Notes under the pieces: generated by a model | The model's database searches: none | The model's input: only the letters and a program-made list of their open reading frames with translations | What the model was told of the DNA's origin: nothing | Part shown: one piece after another, positions 54,761-64,000 of the stretch | Position numbering within the stretch: the stretch's first letter is position 1 | Layout: every line of letters begins with the position of its first letter | Assembly: GCF_046119375.1 (NCBI RefSeq) | Contig: NW_027362770.1 | Coordinates: 190,340,001-190,404,000, forward strand | Reading direction: 5' to 3' | DNA from: Phyllobates terribilis | Taxonomy: Eukaryota | DNA: 64,000 bases | Program-made: the position numbers and the translations under genes

Positions 54761-56342
54761 TAGTGATGGGTAGCTCCTGAACGAGCCGGCTCTTTATAGT
54801 GAATGATATGAGTCGTCTCCTGGCAGGGAGCCAATTGAAATTTAAACGGCTCTTTGCCAGTTCACGTTCCACAGTCAGTCCCATCTGGCCCCGCCCCGCC
54901 CCTCCCCTCTGGCCCCGCCCCTCCCCTCTGGCCCCGCCCCTCCGGCCCCTCCCTCCCGGCAGTAGTCCCTCTGATCCTGAGAATGCCTGCTCCTCCTGCT
55001 GCCGCACATAGCACTGACTCACAGCCCCGCCCCCTCCAATTTGTGACAAGCAGCAGTCAGGCACTTTATTAAAGGAACACTGACATCTGGATTTAGCCTG
55101 ATTATAGTTATTTACCGCCAGCTTGTAAATCCTCGCTGAGCGAGGGAGAAACAGCGGATGTAAATGTGCGTCCCTTGTTCTCTCTCATTCACTTGAATGG
55201 AAGAGAACAAATGATCCAGCGATGCATATGGGCAGGGCAGATAAGGATCTCCTCTGCAGACATACCATCACTGGATGGAGCATCACTGGATCGCAGGCTC
55301 GGGTGCTGCATGGTCCATGCGGTCAGTCAGCGAGCGCTGCCCGACAACATGGTCGCATCCTGTGTGTCTTTTGCTGAATAGGGCTCCGGCACAGGACAAC
55401 TTCCATGGAAACAGTTCCATAGGTTTTTATGGAATACCAGCAGGATTGAAGCAGAATTTTTAAAATAAGTCTATGGAGAATATACCTATTGTAAAAAGTT
55501 CTCTTCAATTAATGGCACTAATGCCCATGTGATCCAACCCCTTTAATGACATATTAGTGATGGCAAAAGACATTGGTCCTTGATGGGACACCAAAAAAAC
55601 AGTCTTTTCCAAAACAGATAATAACAGAAGAAATAAACTGAATCAGTCCATCCAAGCTATGGCACTTAGTTTATCTATCCAATGGGCCCTAAAGACAATT
55701 TTAGGCTGCCTTCACACTTTGTGGATTTGCAGCGGAGTTTCCATGCAGATCATCAGCGTGGAAATTCCATGGCATTTACAGAAGCCAACAGTGGCAATGG
55801 TTTTTAGCCAAAACACATTCTCACTTCGTGAAAAAATTCAGAATCTGACATGAGGTGTGAAATTGGCTTCAGCAGCAGCATGTGAATATGTGCCGAATAT
55901 CCGATATGCGAAATTCATTGCAGTCAATGGACGGGTGAATTCCGCAGCAAATTCCTTATCTAAATCCGCCTGGATGCAGATGCCACATTTGACACTGCAG
56001 TTTTGCTGCAGACTGTTTGCAGCAGAGAGCCCACAGCGAACTCGCCAAGTGTGAAGGTAGCTTTAAAATGTGGCACTGATAATTAGTATCTTGTTGGTAT
56101 TTTGCATGTTCATTTTGTGTTAAAGTTTTTACAGCAAATATAAAATCTGGTTATTCTGGAAACTATTCTGTTTTATGTCATAAATTGGCACATGTGTAGA
56201 TTTTTACTAAAAGGTATACAATCATGGGTTAAAACATACCAGAATTTGGCTTCAAATTTAAAGCCAAAGGTAATAGGAAATGAAGAGCCATTTTCGGAGC
56301 CAAAAGAGACGGCTCACCAAAAAAATTGCATTTTACTCACTA
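54761..56342. mobile_element. Possible old non-autonomous hAT-like element
   Basis: The left end is TAGTGATGGG with GAGCC/GGCTC subterminal motifs; the right end is CTCACTA with GAGCC/GGCTC. The flanking 8-mers match only 5/8. Confidence 0.35.
55704..56062. mobile_element. PIF/Harbinger-type MITE
   Basis: TIRs GGCTGCCTTCACACTT / AAGTGTGAAGGTAGCT (14/16 match), flanked by TTA on both sides. Confidence 0.75.
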
Positions 56343-56676
56343 GCATATATAGCAGTATATGGGGAGCATCCAACAGTGTATGGATGGAGGATATACAGTA
56401 CTATATGGGTGGTATACAGCACTTTTAATTTCCAGCTTATTGTGGGTGGAGAGTATAAGCACTATATGAGTTTACAGCACAATAGAGTATATATTTGGAT
56501 AATTCATTTCCCCTAGTGCTGTTCTCCTCAGGGGCACACAGTGATGGCATTTCTTATATACTAGTATGTTGTGAAAGAGCACACCCAAGATCAGCGGCGC
56601 CAGCTCTTGTGGTGACGGTGTGGGTGGCTCTTAGAAGAGCCTTTGGGTTGTGTGGATGATACAGGATCAGCGGCGC

Positions 56677-57794
<1,118 letters not shown>

Positions 57795-57944
57795 TCTGCT
57801 CCAAGCTCTGCTCCACCAACCCAAAGGCTCTTCTAAGAGCCACCCACCCCGTCTACATCAGAGCTGTGGCTAATTGCCTGTATCCAGCTGCACTAACTGA
57901 CAGATTACCTGCCCAATATATTGCAAAAGCTAATCTAGCTGACC

Positions 57945-58870
57945 ATCAGCATACATTCATGAAAGAGGAGTAATGCCTAACCCACATGTTGGGTTTCTAT
58001 GAGAAATTAAGTGCAAATCTCGATGTTGGTAATGTAGCCCATGTAATCTGGACTGATACTGAACCACACAACAGCGTTGTATAGATGCTCCAGAAGCTGA
58101 GGCTAAAGACAGTATATACAGCTGGGTAAAGAACTGGTTAAAAAGACCTGAAACAAAGGTGTTGTACATGGCACATTCTCTAAATTCCGTATGGTCCAGT
58201 GAGGACCACAAGGACCTGTACTGGGAGTAATGGGAACCACAAGGACCTGTAATGGGAACCACGAGGACCTGTACTGGGAGTAATGGGAACCACAAGGACC
58301 TGTAATGGGAACCACGAGGATCTGTACTGGGAGTAATGGGAACCACAAGGACCTGTACTGGGAGTAATGGGAACCACAAGGATCTGTAATGGGAACCACG
58401 AGGACCTGTACTGGGAGTAATGGGAACCACGAGGATCTGTAATGGGAACCACGAGGACCTGTACTGGGAGTAATGGGAACCACGAGGATCTGTAATGGGA
58501 ACCACGAGGACCTGTACTGGGAGTAATGGGAACCACAAGGACCTGTACTGGGAGTAATGGGAACCACAAGGACCTGTAATGGGAACCACGAGGATCTGTA
58601 CTGGGAGTAATGGGAACCACGAGGACCTGTACTGGGAGTAATGGGAACCACAAGGATCTGTTTATTAATGACCTTGATAGGATTACTGTACACTTTATTC
58701 TCAATCCTATCGCTGCATATACATTTCATGGGAGTATAATCTGGACTACAGGAGAAAGATGGGGGATTCTGGTTACAAGTAAGCTGAACAGCAGTTCTCA
58801 GTTTCAGGTGGCAGCTGCAAAAGCAAAAAAGATTTTTTGGTGTATACAAAGAGAAAATCTTGTGCTCTAT
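57945..58870 (+). mobile_element. Degenerate CR1 LINE RT relic with an internal minisatellite
   Basis: QHTFMK..CLTHMLGFYEK...LDVGNVAHVI, WVKNWL, PQGSVLG-derived repeats, LFINDL and QVAAAKAK, in CR1 RT order. Confidence 0.7.
58205..58660 (+). repeat. 22/31-bp minisatellite
   Basis: ATGGGAACCAC(A/G)AGGA(C/T)CTGTA, with or without CTGGGAGTA, about 16 units. Confidence 0.95.
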
Positions 58871-59049
58871 AGAGGGGTAACATAAGATACAGCTGTATAT
58901 TGAGGTATATAACACTATATAGGGGTACACTGCAAGATATGGAGGGTATACAGCTCTATATGGAGGGTATACAGCTCTATATGGAGGGTATACAGCGCTA
59001 TATGGGGGTATACAGCAGGATATGGAGGGTATATAGCACTATATGGAGG

Positions 59050-59479
59050 TATACAGCACTATAGACCTGTCAGTGACCCGAGCAGCAGTCACCGGGGAGG
59101 AGTCGGCTCTGTGACCGGATGTAACATCCTCGCGATAAAAGCGGGAAAATGACAGGAAAAAGGGCGGGAAATTCAACCTCCCCAACAGTTCTGTGCTCCG
59201 CCCACATCTGAGGAGAAGCCGCAGCTCCTGCTGCTGGGGGAGGGGCTGCTGACCGCCCTGTGCCCGGATGGCTGCAGTCTGCTCTGCGGGGACTGGGAAC
59301 ATCGGCCACTAAAGGGTTAACACCAAGTGTCTGCGGGGAGGAGCTGATCCTGTGCTGCCTGTGGGCGGAGCCATAGCCCTACTGAGCGCTGATTGGCTGA
59401 GCGCTGAATATGAAATCCCCGCACAACGGCTGATAGTTCCTCCCGCTCTTTGTTCTCCTCAGTGTAACACGTGGTGCAG
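59050..59479 (+). other. Fused H4 upstream and downstream flanks with no gene ('empty' H4 site)
   Basis: 59139-59198 matches 15429-15488 at 49/60 positions, and then CGCCCACATCT... continues as in 15987 onward. Confidence 0.75.
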
Positions 59480-60536
59480 AGCGCTATATGGAGGGTAATA
59501 ACATCATGTGGCCGTATACAGCGCTATATGGAGGGTAATAACATCATGTGGCCGTATACAGCGCTATATGGAGGGTAATAACATCATGTGGCCGTATACA
59601 GCGCTATATGGAGGGTAATAACATCATGTGGCCGTATACAGCGCTATATGGAATGTAATAACATCGTGTGGCCGTATACAGCGCTATATGGAGGGTAATA
59701 ACATCATGTGGCCGTATACAGCGCTATATGGAGGGTAATAACATCATGTGGCCGTATACAGCGCTATATGGAGGGTAATAACATCATGTGGCCGTATACA
59801 GCGCTATATAGAGGGTAATAACATCATGTGGCCGTATACAGCGCTATATGGAGGGTAATAACATCATGTGGCCGTATACAGCGCTATATGGAGGGTAATA
59901 ACATCATGTGGCCGTATACAGCGCTATATGGAGGGTAATAACATCATGTGGCCGTATACAGCGCTATATGGAGGGTAATAACATCATGTGGCCGTATACA
60001 GCGCTATATGGAGGATAATAACATCATGTGGCCGTATACAGCGCTATATGGAGGGTAATAACATTGTGTGGCCGTATACAGCGCTATATGGAGGATAATA
60101 ACAACATGTGGCCGTATACAGCGCTATATGGAGGGTAATAACATCATGTGGCCGTATACAGCGCTATATGGAGGGTAATAACATCGTGTGGCCGTATACA
60201 GCGCTATACGGAGGGTAATAACATCATGTGGCCGTATACAGCGCTATATGGAGGGTAATAACATCATGTGGCCGTATACAGCGCTATATGGAGGGTGATA
60301 ACATCATGTGGCCATATACAGCGCTATATGGAGGGTAATAACATCACGTGGCCGTATACAGCGCTATATGGAGGGTAATAACATCGTGTGGCCGTATACA
60401 GCGCTATATGGAGGGTAATAACATCGTGTGGCCGTATACAGCGCTATATGGAGGGTAATAACATCACGTGGCCGTATACAGCGCTATATGGAGGGTAATA
60501 ACATCGTGTGGCCGTATACAGCGCTATATGGAGGGT
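59480..60536 (+). repeat. 40-bp satellite array 4 (~26 units), cut off by Helitron DNA
   Basis: Same 40-mer; ends abruptly at GGAGGGT|TGGTCGCGG. Confidence 0.99.
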
Positions 60537-62324
60537 TGGTCGCGGCCGCTATTTAAATGTGGCGCCCAAATCGGTCGCGACCAGTCAGCACAGCGGTGTT
60601 TAACTTTTGAGCCAAGATCACTGATTGGTCGCGGCCGGAGAGCGTGACCAATCATCGAATCGTATTGGTGAGGACCGGGGAGCGGAATCGTATTAGTGAG
60701 GACCGGGGAGCGCCGCTGCTTGTGCGGCTACTTCCGCTGCGAGAAGCCGGGAGATGAGCGACTGCTCGCAGCAGAAGTATCCCGACCCGCAGCGCCGCTC
60801 CCCGGTCCTCCCTTGACACCCTAGCCGCATGGATGTCAGCGCTGCTGCCTGTGCAGCTACTTACGCTGCAAGAAGCCGGGAGATGAGCGGCTGCTCGCAG
60901 CAGAAGTATCCCGACCCGCAGCGCCGCTCCCCGGTCCTCCCTTGACACACTAGCCGCATGGAGGTCAGCGGCGCCGGCGGTCGAGGTCCTTCTGCTGCTA
61001 CCGGCCGGGAGATGAGCGCCTCGCGCCGGTCATCTCCCGGCTGCATCTCCGTCCCATTTTTTCTGAAATCCCGCGTCTCTGATTTGCCGCTGGCGGACCA
61101 ATGAGCGAGGCGGGATTTCCTGGACAGAAAGACAGACAGACGGGATAAGACGATTATATATATAGACTAGATGGTGGCCCGATTCTAACGCATCGGGTAT
61201 TCTAGAATAGGTATGCGGCCGACAGGGCGCAATTAGCAGAGCGGTATTTAAATTTGGCGCCAAAATCGCTGATTGGTCGAGGCCGGCAACCGTGACCAAT
61301 CACCAAAGCGGTATTAAAATTTGGCGGCTATATCGCAGATTGGGCACGGCCGGCGGTCGCGACCAATCAGCAGAGCGGGGTTTAAATTTGGCGCCAATAT
61401 CTCTGATTGGTCACCGCCGGTGGTTGCGACTAATCAGCAGAGCGGGGTTTAAATTTTGTGCCAATACTGCTGATTGGTCGCGGCGGCTGAACGCAATCAA
61501 TCAGCAGAGCGTTGTTTAAATTTGGCGCCAATCTCACTGATTGCTGGCCGCGACCAATCAGCACAGCAGTGTTTAAATGTGGCGTCAACATCGGTGATTG
61601 GTCGCCGACGATGCCCGCGACCAATCAGCACAGCGGGGTTTAAATGTCTCTGCAAGATCGGTGATTGGTCGCGGCTGCTATTTAAATGTGGCGCACAAAT
61701 CGGTGATTGGTCGCGGTCTTCGGCCGCGACCAATCACTGATCTTGCAGCAAAAGTTAAACACTGCTGTGCTGATTGGTCACGGACGCTGCCCGTGACCAA
61801 TCACCGATTTGGGCGACACATTTAAATAGCGGCCGTGACCAATCACCGATCTTGCAGACACATTTAAACACCGCTGATTGCTGGCCGTGACCAATCAGCA
61901 CAGCAGTGTTTAAATGTGGCGTCAACATCGGTGATTGGTCGCGGGCGCTATTTAAATGTGGCGCCCAAATCGGTGATTGGTCGTGGACAGCGCCCGCGAC
62001 CAATCAGCGATTTTGAACACAAATGTCTGGACCTTATTAACACCATGCGGCTAGTGTCGGGAGATCAGTGGCTAGGGTGAGCGGCGCTGCGGGTCGGGAT
62101 ACTTCTGCTGCGAGCAGTCGCTCATATCCCGGCTTCTCGCAGCGGAAGTAGCCGCACAGGCAGCGGCGCTCCCCGGTCCTCACCAATACGATTCGCTGAT
62201 TGGTCGGGTGCGGAGACCGCGACCAATCAGTGATCTTGGCGTCATATTTAAACAATGCTCTGCTGATTGGTCGCGGCCAGCAATCAGCGAGCTTGGTGCC
62301 AAATGTAAACAGCGCTCTGCTGAT
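60537..62324 (-). mobile_element. Non-autonomous Helitron segment containing a head-to-tail 3'/5' junction
   Basis: 61167-61230 matches the 3' end of the large Helitron (hairpin + CTAG); 61030-61166 matches its 5' end (TCTA...ATAAT.GTCTTATCCC). Both outer ends are internal repeats. Confidence 0.9.

Positions 62325-64000
<1,676 letters not shown>

Noticed and set aside
54880-55050. GC-box cluster as an H1 or other gene promoter
   Set aside because: No downstream ORF, H1 box or clear TATA box; it probably lies within an old non-autonomous element.
55068-55546. TTAA-flanked T2/Kolobok MITE
   Set aside because: The left end (TTAAAGGAACAC) and right end (CAACCCCTTTAA) do not form a matching TIR pair.
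57957-58930. Long repetitive ORFs (VVPITPSTGPRGSHY...) as a possible gene
   Set aside because: Explained by the CR1-derived minisatellite; several frames are open and there is no promoter or splice evidence.

Overview
Eukaryotic DNA, most likely from a frog (inferred from the histone sequences and repeat families). The window is part of a replication-dependent histone locus. It holds two divergent H2A/H2B pairs, two H4 genes in opposite orientation and one H3.2, all with 3' stem-loops; no H1 is present. Four arrays of one 40-bp satellite (about 16 kb in total) and a 2.6-kb inverted relative of it separate the genes. Between 16.9 and 42.6 kb lies a block of transposons: a hAT pseudogene; an old L2 LINE split by a full-length Gypsy LTR element (ACAT target-site duplication), which is itself split by a younger L2; a Gypsy relic; and a 9.8-kb Helitron with a disrupted RepHel gene. 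The most notable observations are: (1) a satellite-spaced histone locus resembling the newt arrangement, with a GC-box/CCAAT module at the head of three arrays; (2) an 'empty' H4 site in which the H4 upstream and downstream flanks are fused; (3) a head-to-tail CTAG|TC Helitron junction at the inversion breakpoint; (4) an H2B copy with ATT in place of ATG; and (5) an H2A copy with a 4-aa tail duplication. Coordinates, identities and copy numbers were counted by hand and are approximate.
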